Assembly (NCBI GenBank): GCA_965202585.1
Contig: OZ241828.1
Location: 70,556,001 to 70,620,000 of the forward strand
DNA length: 64,000 nt
Source of the DNA: Thalia democratica
Lineage: Eukaryota
Direction: 5' to 3'
Made by a program: the position numbers and the translations under genes. Each line of letters starts with the position of its first letter. The first letter of the stretch is position 1. Below, in pieces: positions 1 to 13,900 of this stretch. The notes under the pieces are model-generated. The model saw only the letters and a list, made by a program, of their open reading frames with translations, had not been told where the DNA came from and searched no databases.

Positions 1-3000
1 TTGATGATTAATACATGTTCCTTCATCTAACTTGTGTATATACAAAACCTTTAAATTTTAAAAAAGTAATATCAAACCGCTTTAAAACTTGTTTATTCAA
101 CTAAAAATGGATATTTATAGGTAGGTATGGCAAGTGATGTAGACTAATTAATAATAATTATTTCATGATCTAAACCTACATCTTTTAAAACTATTCATTT
201 TTTAATGTAGTATTTAAGTTAGCTTAATCTTAACATAATAAAATTAAAAATATTATGTTATAGATAAAAGACAGATTTTAAAGTTTTACTTTTTTAAATG
301 ATGTTTTTATTTACCGTAGTATTTAAATTACTAAATTGATAACAAATTGGTTTTGTCAAATTCTGCTAAAATCTTAATCTTAATGTTTTAGTTACTACAA
401 TTTTAAATCTTTACTGTTGGAAATTACTACAAAGAAATAATTATTTAATGGAATAAAAGAAACTGTTATATATCTAAACATGATTCAAAGTATTAAGTAT
501 CATATACTTTTCATTTTTTAGTAATTATTAGGCAAACGAAATTTTCTCAAAGAGCTTTTAAAAGCCATCAAAAGTTTCTAAATTCGAGCAAAACTTTGTT
601 TGCTAAATAAACTATCGAAAGAAATATATATGTTCTTCTATGACAAAGTAGAGATCTCTAACTATTTTCAACAACAAAAATTAAATCCAATTATTCAAAA
701 AATATATACCAGCAATTTAAACATTTTTTTTTGATCTAATCCAATTTAAAAGTTCTGATTTAAAGAAAAGTTTTACTTTGTTTAACATTATTACCGGACT
801 ATAACTAAAATTTAACCCTGGCAAGTGACATTTTTTATTTTGCTAGATAATAAAAAAAAACTTACTACTTACGGTTGTAGTATAACTTTGATAGCGCAAA
901 AACAAACGTTAGACTTTATAATCTTTTCTTTAGTAGTGTTTAAAAAAGTCGGTACAAAAATACTTTTTTAGTAGCATAAATATGTATATACAGTTTTATT
1001 TTATGTTAAATTATGGCAAATATATTATAAATATACTTTTACTAAAAGTACACTACTTTTAATCTAAAATATAAGTCATATTTACCATTTTTTTAATTGA
1101 AACTATTTAAAGTCTACATAACAAAATGCGTAGACTTGGTTTGTACAGATAGAGGTTGTAATAAAGCTGTAAAATAAGCATTTAGATATAAAAAACTTTG
1201 CAATTATGCTTTTAAGCAGATAAATGCGTTTTTACAAAAAAACTTTTGATACAACTGAACATTCTTTTATACCTAAGTGAATCAACTTAAGTTTGATAAA
1301 AAACAGTGAGTAAGTCTAAACCTACATTAATTAAAATACTTGTACTGTAAAGTTTTAGAATCTACGGAATGTGAGTAAAATAAGCTATATTAAGTATTAT
1401 TTTACTATAGCCAACATAGTATAATTACAAAGAACTTTGATCATTTGAGGATTATGGTTGTTTAATTTTTCTAAAATCATTATTAAAACTTTTATGCTAG
1501 ATATTTACGTAAATCAACTTTAGTCTAACACATAAACTTGTTAACAATTATACTAATCTCTTTGCTGAGTTTGAAAACAGCTAAGCAAAAACCAAATTTT
1601 CCACTAATAAAATATTCAAAATTGTCAAGCAATGTTGGATTGTTACGTCACTATTAAAAAATTTTTTGAGACTACTTTTGATAACATTTGCTTGGATAGA
1701 AAATTTTAAGAAGTTGGAACAAAGGTATGTGAATAAAAACTTTTTAAACTTGTTTAAAAAGTTTTGTTTTACCCTATAACTTATGTTTAAATTAATGTTT
1801 AATAACTTACAATTAATTACCAACTACTTGTTGTTTTAAACAAAATATACTGAACTTTTTATTATGAATAGTTAAGATAACCTGTAAATAATAAAATAGC
1901 AAAAAAGTGATAGAGGTAGTTAAGGTTTGTTATATAATACAAACATAGCTTTAAATTTAATTTTTATCATCTAAAGGTAAGTGGCATAGTTTATTTTGAT
2001 TTTTGTACCACAATCTAAGCTTAACAGTTTATTTTATTAGGTAAAAAGTATAAACAAGTAAATTTTGCAGAAGAAAAAACTATATAAGTTTACTATTATA
2101 TGTAATCTTGTAAGCATAATATTATAAAGGGTTAGTTAAAATGAAGTTTATTCATTCTTTGAAATTAGCTTTCTATAATAAATTATAAATCAAGTAATTT
2201 AAATTCAAAATACTTGTATAACTTTTCTATATCTTTCTTGTACCAAAATATTAATTTTAAAGCTGATTTTGTATTTTATTACATACCAAACACCACATCC
2301 TATATGACTTCTTTAAAGCTGCTAGCTATATAGTTATGTTAATTAGCTTGTTATGTTATTTTTTATTATATTATTATGTTTATTTTGTTAATCACTGTTA
2401 TTTCTAAATTTTTGTTTTCAATTACTTAAAGTCACCCCTGTTTTACCAATAAACTATTTATTGCCACTGTGAGCTGTTAAAATTGTCCAAAGGAGATCCA
2501 TATTGCTAACTTGTCATAGACTGGTCAGCACTAAATTCTGATAAAAATTATTCTAAACAAGAAAAACAAAAGTTAGTCATTGAAAAAGATTTTTTAAGCA
2601 CACAGCTCAAGCTAAAACAAATGAAAACAAACTAACTATTGAATAAAATTACAAATGTATTTTAATAACAAAGATTTAATTGAGTTACTATATTATTTCA
2701 CTCATCTGCTACAGTGCCAAAAAGTATATGTTACAAACATTGATAACTATGTAAAAGTTAAGTAATCATTGAAAAAATTAAAAATTTTGTACAACAGTGT
2801 TTAACAGCATTTAATATATTATTAAACAAATGTAAAGTTGTAATAATAAATAGCTAGGTACTCTAAAGAGTTAAGCTAGGATTTCTAGTGAGAGTATTTG
2901 TAAATAAATAAATAAATAAAGTTGAGAAAAATAAAGAAAAATTTGCTAACTAGATAATGTATATAAAGGTTATTGGATAATAAACTAAAAATAGTTTATC

Positions 3001-3299
3001 TGATAGTGTATTAATATTTCTACATTTAGAAAATATGAAGAATGATTTATTTTACCTAAACTATTTTTATCAAAATCTATAGTTACTCTTTACACATAAA
3101 TAAGTCTAAAATTTAGTTATTCTAAACAGAGTATTAGTCAGGGTTGCCACTCTTTGAGCCAAAAAATCTTCCCTGAGTGACCAAAAATTTCCCTGAGTAA
3201 CCTTAAATTTCCCTGAGTTTCCCTGAGTATTTTTCAAATCTTAAAAAAAAAATTTCTCTTCTAACACAAATTATTAATACCTCATTCTTTATTTTAATT

Positions 3300-4466
3300 G
3301 AGGCAACAAAGCTAAAAAAATTCAATTTCACAACTATTAATACATCATCCTTTATAGCATTGCTTATAGTTATAAAATCTTGACCTGGTGGCTGTTTGTA
3401 ACCAGGCAGTTTTTTCCAGTACTGTACCATTTTAACAACATTAGGCCAAATTAAAATGGCTCTGTCAGCTACCTGCTTTGACTTTAACCATCTTGTGGCG
3501 CAAAATGATAAAGGAAAGGTGGTTGACCCAGTTTCAGTTACATAGTTATCTCTTCTGGCCGATGTGTGATCAAATAAGCAATGGAGATGTTTTAAAACTT
3601 TTTTTATTTTCCAAGGTGTAGCTTCAACACCGGACTTGAATGCACCATGAATAATGTGCAAGTTGCAGGACTCTGTGTTAATAAGTTGAGGTAGACCTGA
3701 AGCCTCTCTATCAAAGTCAACTTTTTTTCAAGAGCAACGTTCACATTTGGTCCATCCATTGAAATTTGGATCAAATTTTTTAGGTTTAACTCTTGAATTT
3801 CGGTCAATAGGGTTTTTTTTAAATTATCTGCAGTACAGTGACCTAAAAATGCTGAAGTAAAATATTGACAGTGTACTTTTTTTTCTTCATGCATCTCACC
3901 ACCAAATCTAGTTAAGTTTTTTGCAAGACTTTATTGAAACACTCATCAAATGAAATGGAATAAAAAGACGAGCACAAAAATGTATTTTTTAAGACATCTT
4001 TAAAAAAAGGGGCTATACCAAAGTTTGTTATATATGAATATTTGGTTCTATTCATGCAGAACTTTTTTGCAATTTCACTATCAGGAAACATGGTAGTGAA
4101 TAAAGTGTTATTATTATCGCAAGAGTTTCCTGACCAGTTTTCTTTGGTACACTTGAGAGCCCAATAAATTTCAGCAGCTGTTAAAGAAGTTGCAGCTGAT
4201 ATACTAGTTGAACTATTAGCCCCACCAAAATAAGAAGTAATTGCATTATTTTTACTCTTAGAGGCTTTCAATTTAAGATGTTTTTTCGACATACTGTGCG
4301 ATTTCAATGTCCTTATACCCATGTTGGATAAGGCCATTGGTGTATCATCACCACACCACTTACATTTAAACTTCTCTTTGTCTACATCCTCAAGTAACAA
4401 ATCTTTGAAGTCTTCATGGTTAAGCCAACTTTTTTTAAACAAGGTTTTAAACTGTACTTTACTCAT
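3300..4466 (-). pseudogene. hAT-like transposase, frameshifted and C-terminally truncated
   Basis: ORF pieces 3912-4466, 3604-3894 and 3203-3661 give a BED-like zinc finger (CKWC...H....H), MFPDSEIAKKFCMNRTK, catalytic SFDE, SMDGPNVN and CxxH (SCNLHIIH). The frame then runs into the terminal repeats, so the last catalytic E and the dimerisation domain are missing. Confidence 0.85.
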
Positions 4467-5010
4467 AATACTTAAAAAAGCTTTTAAATTAAATCTGCAA
4501 AAAAGTTGTAAAGTAAATTAAAACATTCACACTAAAAAATTAATTACCATTACTGCTACTACTTTTGAATTTGTTATTTATAAACAAAAATTCAACCTCT
4601 ATTTTTTTAACAAAAGTAATACAACACTAATCTGTATTCATTTTAATTTTTCTTACTGAAAACAAGTAGTTGTAAACAAATAACAAATAACTTTATTATT
4701 TAAAAAATCAGAACTAATAGTACAACATAGTGTTTTTTAAACTACATAAGTAACTAAAAATAAAAAGTTTGTTAGAATTTTTCTATGAATAGTTAACAAC
4801 AACTTTCATTTCTCTAAACTGTTTGATTTTACTCAAGTAAATATAAATTTAAAACTTAAAAAAAACAACAATGTTAATACTAAGAATATTGAAGAACTAG
4901 CCGCAAGGCTAAAAAATTCTAAATAACCACTTAAATAATAAAAATTACTACTTTTGAACAAAATATTGAAACTGGATTAACTAAACCTCATTCTAGATCT
5001 AGAAAAAAAT

Positions 5011-5156
5011 TTCCCTGAGATTTTCAAAAACTTCCCTGAAATTTAGAGAAAAAATCAAAACTTCCCTGAGTTTCCCTGAGTTAAAAGAAAAATGCCAAAA
5101 TTCCCTGAGTTTCCCTGATATTTTCTACAGTTTGAAAATTCCCTGAGTTCCCTGAG
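5011..5156 (+). repeat. Subterminal TTCCCTGAG motif cluster (8 copies here; 4 more at 3169-3227)
   Basis: Direct count of TTCCCTGA(G/A/T) copies near each TIR; probable transposase-binding sites. Confidence 0.85.
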
Positions 5157-6904
5157 TGTGTGGCAACCCTGATTAGTACTTAAAATAAAGCAAGCTTATA
5201 AGCTTTAACACAATCAATTAATTTTAATTATACAGCTACTATAATTCAAAAAAATTTGTTATGATATAATGTTTCACTTTGTAAGTGATCTTCAGTTATA
5301 CCTAAATTCTTATTTAAATAAAGCATTATTTTTTATGTTTTCTTGAATTCTATTGTATATACTAATATGTATGAGACAAAGTAAAGTGTATATAAGTAAT
5401 TAAAGTTTCATGACATAATAGTCAGAAGCTTTAAACTTTTAATGAATTTATAGATAGTAGTTTGATAAAAAGCTTAGTATGTAATTATTTCATTACATAA
5501 AATCTTTGTCATATTGTATTGTAAATAATTTAAACATTAAATAATACTTGATATATACTCTTAGGTTCTTAATTAGTTATGTTTTATATATACAGATCAA
5601 ACTAAAAAGGTTTCAAAATGATTATGTAAAAAAGCTGTAGAAGGAAATTTAAGGATACAGTATTTTTAGCTATGGCCTTCCAGAAGACACCTATTGATTT
5701 CCCCAACTTTGACTCATATTTTTCAAAAGTTACTTTAAATCTTGGGGTGCATTAAAAGCAACTAGCAGCTTGTTTAAAAAGTAGGACTAATTTTAAATAA
5801 AACTGTTAATCCCCCAACCATGGCCTTTAACAATGAATGTGTATAAAAACAAACTCTATATGTTAAAAATGAAGTTGAAGTAAATATAATTTCGACATAG
5901 TAGTTTTTTTTTCAAATGTCTTACAGATTTCATTTTAATTATTTTGTGTCACAGCTAAAACAATTGAAAATATGGACTATGACATTTTCAAATTAAAGGT
6001 TATAACATAATAAAAACAAGTAAAGTTGGAATTCGAAAATAACATACAGGAACTGAATAATATATACTTATAATTTGAACTGAATTTTTTTAAGATTATG
6101 TATTTTATCAAATTGTTTAAATTAGATTATGTTTTATTTTAACGAGCGTCATTCCATTTACGGTACAACTTTTACAGTTTTTACTAAAGTTCTTTAGCTT
6201 TGACGCTCATTCACATCCTTATCTTTACTTCCACAATAATGTTTTGTACATCATCTTTTAGCTTAGAGTATATAGTTTGTGAACTATTATTTTATTTTTA
6301 TATTGGGTTGGTATAAATGGTGCTGTAGCCCATAGAAAAAGTGGTACATTATGGCTTTCTTTCAGTTTTTTTGGAAAATCTAACGATAAACAAATAGTTT
6401 TGACTTGATATTTTTTTTATGCATATAAAATAATATTCTGCTCATTCGCTATGTACGATTTTTTATAAAACAAATTATTTTTTAAGAAAATAGGTGATTT
6501 ATTGTTTTCATTATATTATGGTTTATCTCAATAAATATTCAACTAAAAGTAAAATGAATAAAAGATTCACACAGTACTAATTATTCTGCATTGTTAGCAT
6601 GCACAGTTTTTATTTTAACGAATTACTTTTTGATATATTAAGCATTGAAATTTTCCTTTTTTTAATAACTGTAAGCTACTTAGTCTTTGAAGTACAAAAC
6701 AAACGCAAATGATTTGTTTGAAACTAATTTTCTTAGGTGGCGCTACAGATTATTAAACTAATTTAATACATAATTTGATGCAATTTTTTTTCAACATATT
6801 AGCAAATAGTTTCTTAAATAATTTATTTTATATTATGTCAGTATGAATGGTGCTTTGGGAACGGGTCAGAAAAGAACGGGCGTAACTTTAGTACGGAATG
6901 ACAC

Positions 6905-7260
6905 ATAAACACAAAGTGAAACTTTAGCAAAGAGTGACACTTTAGCACGGAGTGACATATTAGCACGGCGTCACTTTAACTCAGGTAACATTTTAGCACG
7001 GAGTGTCATTTTAACACAAAGTGAAACTTTAGCAAAGAGTGACACTTTAGCACGGAGTGACATATTAGCACGGCGTCACTTTAACTCAGGTAACTTTTTA
7101 ACACGGAGTGTCATTTTAACACAAAGTGACACTTTAGCATAGAGTGACACTTAGGCACGGAGTGACACACTCACACAGAGTGACACTTTCTGTGACACTT
7201 TAGCGCGAAAAGACACATTAATACTAATTGACACTTAAACACAAAGGGAACTTAGCAAAG
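6905..7260 (+). repeat. 18-bp minisatellite (GTGACACTTTAGCACGGA-like) with a 105-bp higher-order duplication
   Basis: Units read directly. The block starting ACAAAGTGAAACTTTAGC recurs at 6911 and 7016 (five 18-bp units plus one 15-bp unit). Confidence 0.9.
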
Positions 7261-7920
7261 AGAGACTCTTTTTTTTTCTCTGTTTTGCTGTAAATAATCA
7301 ATAGTTGGTTCACATGGGTGGGTGTGTTCACACTGTTGAATTAATTTTTTTTTGTTCAGCGCTAGTAGACACTTTTTTTTAGCCACATGATTTTCCCACA
7401 CTTGGTGGTTTTTATCGTGGCAACTTTAATTAAGTAAGTGTCTGATATGCGTCCACCAAAAGGTTTTTTTTTAATTTTTGTTGGTTAGTTAAATTTAAAG
7501 AGGGTAAAGAAGGAACAAATGATGAAGCTTAGAATTTGTTAAACAACATCAATTGTTGAGACAGCTAGCATTATTTTCTGATGTTTTTCTTCTTTTAAAA
7601 TTTATTTAAAACTCTTTTTAAATGTATAAAATGTAATTTATTTCTAAAGCCTAACCAAGTAGTAAGATTTTTCATTCTAATGAATAAATTTTGCGAAACT
7701 AAAAACCTGGCTCTTTCAAAATAAAAGCATTTTATAACTTTTAATTTAAGCCCATGTAGGAAGTGATTAAGTATGTATGGGATCTAAACCATAATTTAAA
7801 TATGTGCTCAGTAAGTATGTGTCTGTGTAAGGTAAGCACCCACATAAGGTACGCACCTTAAGAAATTTGTGTCCGTGTAAGATACGCACCAACTTAAAGT
7901 ACCCATTTTAAGAAGTATGT

Positions 7921-8716
7921 AAGTTTCCATTGTGGTTGTAACTATTTGATTTGTTGTGAAAAGTTGTTTAGCTAATTCAAAATAACTTTTTTCAACAGTC
8001 ATACAGTTACAAAGACACAATCAACAGTATTTTATAACCAAAAGTAAGTCAGTATGATTGTAAAAAAAGCAATTCTGATTAAAAAAAAAAAAAGTTATTA
8101 TTTTTTTTTGTTGATACTAAGTACCAAAATTTAACCATTCAAAAAACAATTATTTGTGCTCTTTTTATTTGTTGTTATTCTCATTATATCACAATTTTTG
8201 TTTGTTGTAGATAAAAAAACATATACTTTTTGTTTTTGATTTGCAGATGTAGAAACTTTATGTTTTGACCATTGTTTTTTAAACTGCTTACATGTGACCT
8301 AAATATGATTAGTTGACAACATAGTTTTTTAACTAAAAGTTTGTACAGCATATTTTAGTTTAATGTATTTATGTTAAAAACAATCAATTGAAAATGTTAA
8401 AATTAAAAACAATTATCTGTTTTTGTTTTAAATTCGATTGAAAGATCCTGTAGCCTGTAGAAAAATAGTTATAGGCACAAATGGGTGCCCATATTACTCA
8501 ACAGAATTCATAGGAACATTTTCGATTTTATTTAATTTTTGAAATATTTTTTGGTGTAAGAAGTACTTTTTGTATAAAAAAAAATATAAATAATATATAT
8601 AAAATATAGTTGATTGTGTCGTTGTAACTGTATGATGTTGAAAAAAGTTTTTTTGAATTAGCTAAATAACTTTTTACAATAAATCAATTAGTTACAACCA
8701 CAGTACAATAGAAACT
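7921..8716. repeat. Nested ~105-bp inverted repeat inside the foldback element
   Basis: 7921-8025 (AGTTTCCATTGTGGTTGTAACT...GACACAATCAAC) matches the reverse complement of 8609-8716 with some mismatches. Confidence 0.75.
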
Positions 8717-10182
8717 GAAATAGTTAGGAAAATCATCAAGAACAACCATGTTAGCTCTGTTGACAACTTAAAATAAAACACTAGTTCATGGATTAACAAG
8801 GGTAAAGGTTACTTTTTTTACAAAAGATGAGACATAGGGTGGGTCCACTTTGATATTTATAAACATATATTTTTGTTGAGTTGTTGTAATGTTGTATGAA
8901 TTTTTAAAATATAGTAGTTTGAGTAAAAAGTTTTCTGTAGAAACATGTGGACTGCAATTTTTTATTTATGTTAATTATAAATCAATATCTTAATTTGCTA
9001 AGACTTTTTTTGGATAAGATTTAAAAAAGTTCAGAAAACGTTCTGCTCGAATAACTTCGCGGCTACTTCAAAGACTTTGTAGCTTGAAATTAAAAAAAAA
9101 GGAAAATTTCAATGCTTAATATTTCAAAAAGTAATTCGTTAAAATAAAAACTGTGCATGCTAACAATGCAGAATAATTAGTACTGTGTGAATCTTTTATT
9201 CATTTTACTTTTAGTTGAATATTTATTGAGATAAACCATAATATAATGAAAACAATAAATCACCAATTTTCTTAAAAAATAATTTGTTTTATAAAAAATC
9301 GTACATAGCGAATGAGCAGAATATTATTTTATATGCATAAAAAAATATCAAGTCAAAACTATTTGTTTATCGTTAGATTTTCCAAAAAAACTGAAAAAAA
9401 GCCATAATGTACCACTTTTTCTATGGGCTACAGCACCATTTATACCAACCCAATATAAAAATAAAATAATAGTTCACAAACTATATACTCTAAGCTAAAA
9501 GATGATGTACAAAACATTATTGTGGAAGTAAAGATAAGGATGTGAATGAGCGTCAAAGCTAAAGAACTTTAGTAAAAACCGTAAAAGTTGTACCGTAAAT
9601 GGAATGACGCTCGTTTTATTTTAACCACTTTTAGCTTGTAAATAATAAAAGGGAAACCACCTAAAATTATTAACTTTTACATATCAGGGATTAAAGCTTA
9701 AATTTAAAATCGAAATAAGAATTATAATATACTTTTTTAAAAACCTTACACACCTTTCAAAACATTTAAACATCTTTACTAAAAACTATTTAAAGCTTTA
9801 GCATCATTTACAATTTTAAAAAACTGCACATAAAGGCGATTGAAATTAAATTAAATGTTGCGACTTTTAAGCATATAATTTTTTTAAACTTTGCTAATTA
9901 TCCGAAGAAAAATATGTTTGTAACATTTTATAATACTTAAGTATAAATAAAATTTTTTAAGTAACTATTTTTTTAAACATTTATTTAGAATCGTTTTTTT
10001 TTTATAATTCTAGGTCTTGTTGAATTTGTTAGTATAAAAAGCTGCTTTGCTAACGAACTGAATGTCCCTTTTCTATTATTTTTTATAGTTAACTTTATAA
10101 TAAGAACATTTTTTATCTCCTAAGACTTCATTAAAAATAAAATATTTTTAAAATTGACTATTCATATTTATTAAAATGATCC

Positions 10183-10430
10183 AGGATCCGGCCAGACTTT
10201 TTTAGATACTTATTTAAAATCAAATTTTGAATTCAGCCGCATCCTAATGAAACAGAATCGATAGATAACTAAAATAAAATAATTTGCTAATTACAGCAGT
10301 GGTCTTTACGGGTTGTTTCGAGTAGCATATTTGTGAGGAGTGCTCTATCTGTCAATATCTGAAATATCTTAAACTAGAAACCATAGCAAAATTTTGACAA
10401 ATACATAGGGTCCGATTCTGGCCGGATCCT
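10183..10430. mobile_element. Degenerate MITE-like remnant
   Basis: Perfect 14-bp inverted repeat AGGATCCGGCCAGA (10183-10196) / TCTGGCCGGATCCT (10417-10430) in otherwise AT-rich DNA; no clear TSD. Confidence 0.4.
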
Positions 10431-10800
10431 AATATTTATGAGCCGGTAGATAACTAATTATCTTAATTTAAATGAACTTGTTTTTAACTATTCTTTTTAG
10501 CATACTGTAAATATCACAGTAAGATATACGAAACACACAAACTTTCTTAATGTCCAATATTTTTAGCAAAGTTAAAGCTTATCAGAAAAATTAGGTTGGT
10601 TTTTATCAAATACGATTTTAAGAGCTCATAATTTTTTCAACTCAAGAATCAGTATTCGAAAATTTATAGTTATAATTTTTTTATTAAACTTTTGTAAGAA
10701 GTAAATAGTTTAAGTTCTGACGTTAAGTTTTATAAACCTATAGTTTAGTAAAACAAAATAAATAAGAAGTTTTGGTAATGTTACTTTATTTATTTGCGAT

Positions 10801-10984
10801 CTAAGTTATGAATAAACTCTCAAAAAACTTTGAATGCTTAAAAAAGAAACATTCATTTTCAGTTTCAAATTGAGTCATTGATCTAGCTTGCTCTAGCAAA
10901 TCGAATGTTGGTTGCGCATGTCTTCTACGACGGGCTTCTTCTCTCAACCGTTGATTTACTGCTGGTATTTTCGGTGGTGTAGTA
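10801..10984 (-). CDS. Last exon: BRD4/fs(1)h C-terminal (P-TEFb-interacting)-like motif
   Basis: QRLREEARRRRHAQPTFDLLEQARSMTQFETENECFF resembles the BET CTD pattern R.REQERRRREAM..TIDMN.QSDL...FEENLF. In frame with the preceding exon (phase 2). Confidence 0.7.
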
Positions 10985-13900
10985 CTATGAAAAATATAAA
11001 CAAAGATAATTAGTTAATTGGAAATGAAAAACTTTTAAAAAGGTTTAAAAAGTTGAGTTATAATACTAACACTACTGAAGAATAATAAAGAAAGTAAGCT
11101 TGATAAATAATCAGTTACTTTTCGAATATTATCATTCTTTTTGTTTTAATTTGAATTGAAATGAGCTATCGAATAGCTTAAACGGCCAAAAATTGCTTTA
11201 TTTTGTTGTAGATAGTAAAACAATAAACCTTGCTTTTAAATACCAGATTATTTTCGCCTTATATATAAGTATCTTTTTTTCAATAAATTCACTGTTAAAG
11301 TAATAGTTTACTTAACTAAACTGATAAAATAGTAATTTTTAAAAATAAACGACATAAAAAATTCTTAAATTTATATAAAGTTAAACTACAAATTATTTTT
11401 TATTATTTTTAACTCACTTTGCAAGTTGATATGTTTGCATATTTCTATCCATCTCATTTTTATCTATTATGTTATGCAATCCGTGTGGTAAGTCATGAGG
11501 ACTTTCTCTCACATTTCTAGTTAAATCATTCTCGTTCGTGTTCCTTCTGGTGTTTGTTGGTTTTTCACAATCCTTGCCTACTATAGACACCAGATTTGTA
11601 TTCATTTGTTCCCCATTCATGCTTCCAGCGGCAACGTTTCCCTCTAAGCTCTGCTTGACGATTTTCTCCTTACTTTTGTTAAATTTCTGTCCATTGCTCA
11701 AATCTCCAAAGGTTTTCTTTTGACTTTCTAAGATCTCATCAGATATTGCGGCCGTTGATTCTAAAATATATTTAGGGTTACGTTGTTGCTGAGTTTATTT
11801 AGTTTTTTTTTTGGACATAACCTACTTGAATTAAAACACTTATTTTTTTGTATTAAGGTGTGCTAAGTAATTTATTAAAGTTTAAATTGACTATGTTAAG
11901 TTAATAGAATAACTTAAACGTACGTTTTGAAACTTTTGTATTGATTTTGTTCGCTTTTACTACTTTGATATCTTTCACATGTTTCTCGCACACCTGTTTA
12001 TATATTTTAAATATTTAAAACATACAAATGAATTTTAGTAAACTAAATGTTTTATATATTGTATATTACAAACCTGTAAATTTAATTTATAATAAAAATG
12101 CTTAATTTTAAAAAGTGCAAATAGTAACCATTCGAGATTTGTTTTTATCAAGGTGTTTTTTAATAAAAATGATGTTAAAAGAACGAAAAGGTTAAGTTAC
12201 TGTACTCTAAGTTTTGTAAATTTTTCAAAAGGTATACAAGCGATCGTTTGTTAAATTGTTTTAAATTATATTAGAATAAAAAACTTCAAGTTGACAATAA
12301 ACTTTTTATTTTTATAGTACAATACTTTAAAAGCTAAATTTTAATCTTGTAACAATGCACATAATAACTTTACTGTATTTGATACTTTATACTTTTTTAG
12401 TATTGGGTGCTATATTTATATATACACATATTAACAGTACCCTTTTTTTAATGCTTAAAATATCTACTCAAATCATTCGCATCAATTTTTATATCTTAAC
12501 CAAATTTACAACAGTAAATTTATTTACCTTTTTAGTCGCTACATCAATGCGGGGTAACTCTTTTAAAAGCGTTTCCTTTTTTGCTTCATTTTCATTAAAC
12601 CATTTTTCATCTATATCAGCAAGTTTAAATGACAAAGTGAATTTTTTATTGGTAAAAGACACTTTCGGAGGGGTAGACGTTCTGTTTTGTTATAAATGTT
12701 TAGAAATATGGAAAGAAGCATGTCGCTTAGAACATGGCTACGATAGTAGATATATTTGAATTGTGTCTTTTGAAACTAAACTTTTTATTTTTTTTTAAGT
12801 TTGTGGTAACATGAAGTTGTGTTTAATTACCATTCATTTAAATACTTATCACTATAAACTTTTGAGAATTTTGTTACGTTAATTTGAAGGACAAAAAGCG
12901 TCAAAAAGGTCGAGTTCTTAAACAGTACTAAAGAAAAATAAATAAAATTACCATAAATAATATCAGTAACTTTTCAAAAACTATCACAATTCTTTTTTTA
13001 TTTTGAGTCAAAAAGATCTAAATAGGTCTTTATTTCGATGAAAAAAACAAAAAAAAAACTCGCTTTTAACAGGCAGATTATTTTTTCAACTCAAATAGAA
13101 AATTCTACTTTTTTGCCAAATATATCAACTTTAAAGCTAGTTTACTTTATAATTAGATAAATCAGAAAAAAAAAATTTAACATGATGTTAAAGTTATACA
13201 TAGTTTTTTCACATTAATTTTATAATCTTAAACTCACTTTTGAAGTCGACTAATAGTTTGCACTTTTTTGACCGTCTCATCTTTATTTATTCCGTTATGC
13301 ATTTTGTGTTGCAAGGCATGAGGACTTACTCTCTTATTTATACTTAATTTACTCCTATTTTTAGTTAAAGCATTCTCGTTTGAATTACTTCTATTGGTTG
13401 TTTTGTCTGACTTTCTGTTTTGTTATAAATCTTAAAAATTGAACAAAAACATTTCACTTAGATTATAGCTAAATTAGTAGATACATTTGAATAATATTTA
13501 ATAAGTATTTTTATTATATTTAAGCTGGTTATTTTTATACTTGTGGTAACATTAAGTTGCGTTATCATTAAACTAAAAGCTTAATATTATACACTTTTGT
13601 GAGTTCCACAAAATTCGTTGTAAATAAATTATGTTTACACTTCTATGCACCTAGTATAATCCTTAAAATTCTCAAATTGTAAAAGTTAAACAGTAGTTTT
13701 TTTTATCCTTAAATGACTTTCAAATTATTTTAGTCAAATTTTTTTTTGTTTTGGCTATTAATTTCTTTTACCATTTTAAGCATTAATTTTTTAAAAAGTA
13801 GAATTTGACTTAGATTTGCAAATATGGCTTTTGATATTGGGAACATGTAATTATATCATTAAACATCCGTTGTTAATGAAATAGAATTTTTGTAGTTATA

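Larger units (their letters stand above)
3139..5171 (-). mobile_element. hAT-superfamily DNA transposon, internally deleted, 6-bp TSD
   Basis: Perfect 12-bp TIRs CAGGGTTGCCAC (3139) and GTGGCAACCCTG (ends 5171). ATTAGT flanks both ends (3133-3138, 5172-5177). Subterminal TTCCCTGAG repeats at both ends; transposase remnants inside. Confidence 0.9.
6142..9614. mobile_element. Non-autonomous foldback / MULE-like element with ~550-bp TIRs
   Basis: 6142-6694 is the near-identical reverse complement of 9064-9614. TTTATTTTA is duplicated at 6133-6141 and 9615-9623 (9-bp TSD; 7, 11 or 13 bp also fit because the junction is self-complementary). No transposase ORF inside. Confidence 0.85.

Noticed and set aside
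1-3130. AT-rich ORF 1581-1823 and similar F/L/I/K/N-rich ORFs elsewhere (22376, 42251, 46863, 47592, 51052, 61879, 63415)
   Set aside because: Composition expected by chance in very AT-rich DNA; no motifs or splice support.
6905-7260. CRISPR-like appearance of regular repeats (also 57394-58036 and 49110-49960)
   Set aside because: Head-to-tail tandem units with no unique spacers, no cas genes, and a eukaryotic context.
11538-12759. Plus-strand ORFs 11538-11723 and 12355-12759
   Set aside because: Antisense shadows of exons of the BET-like gene.
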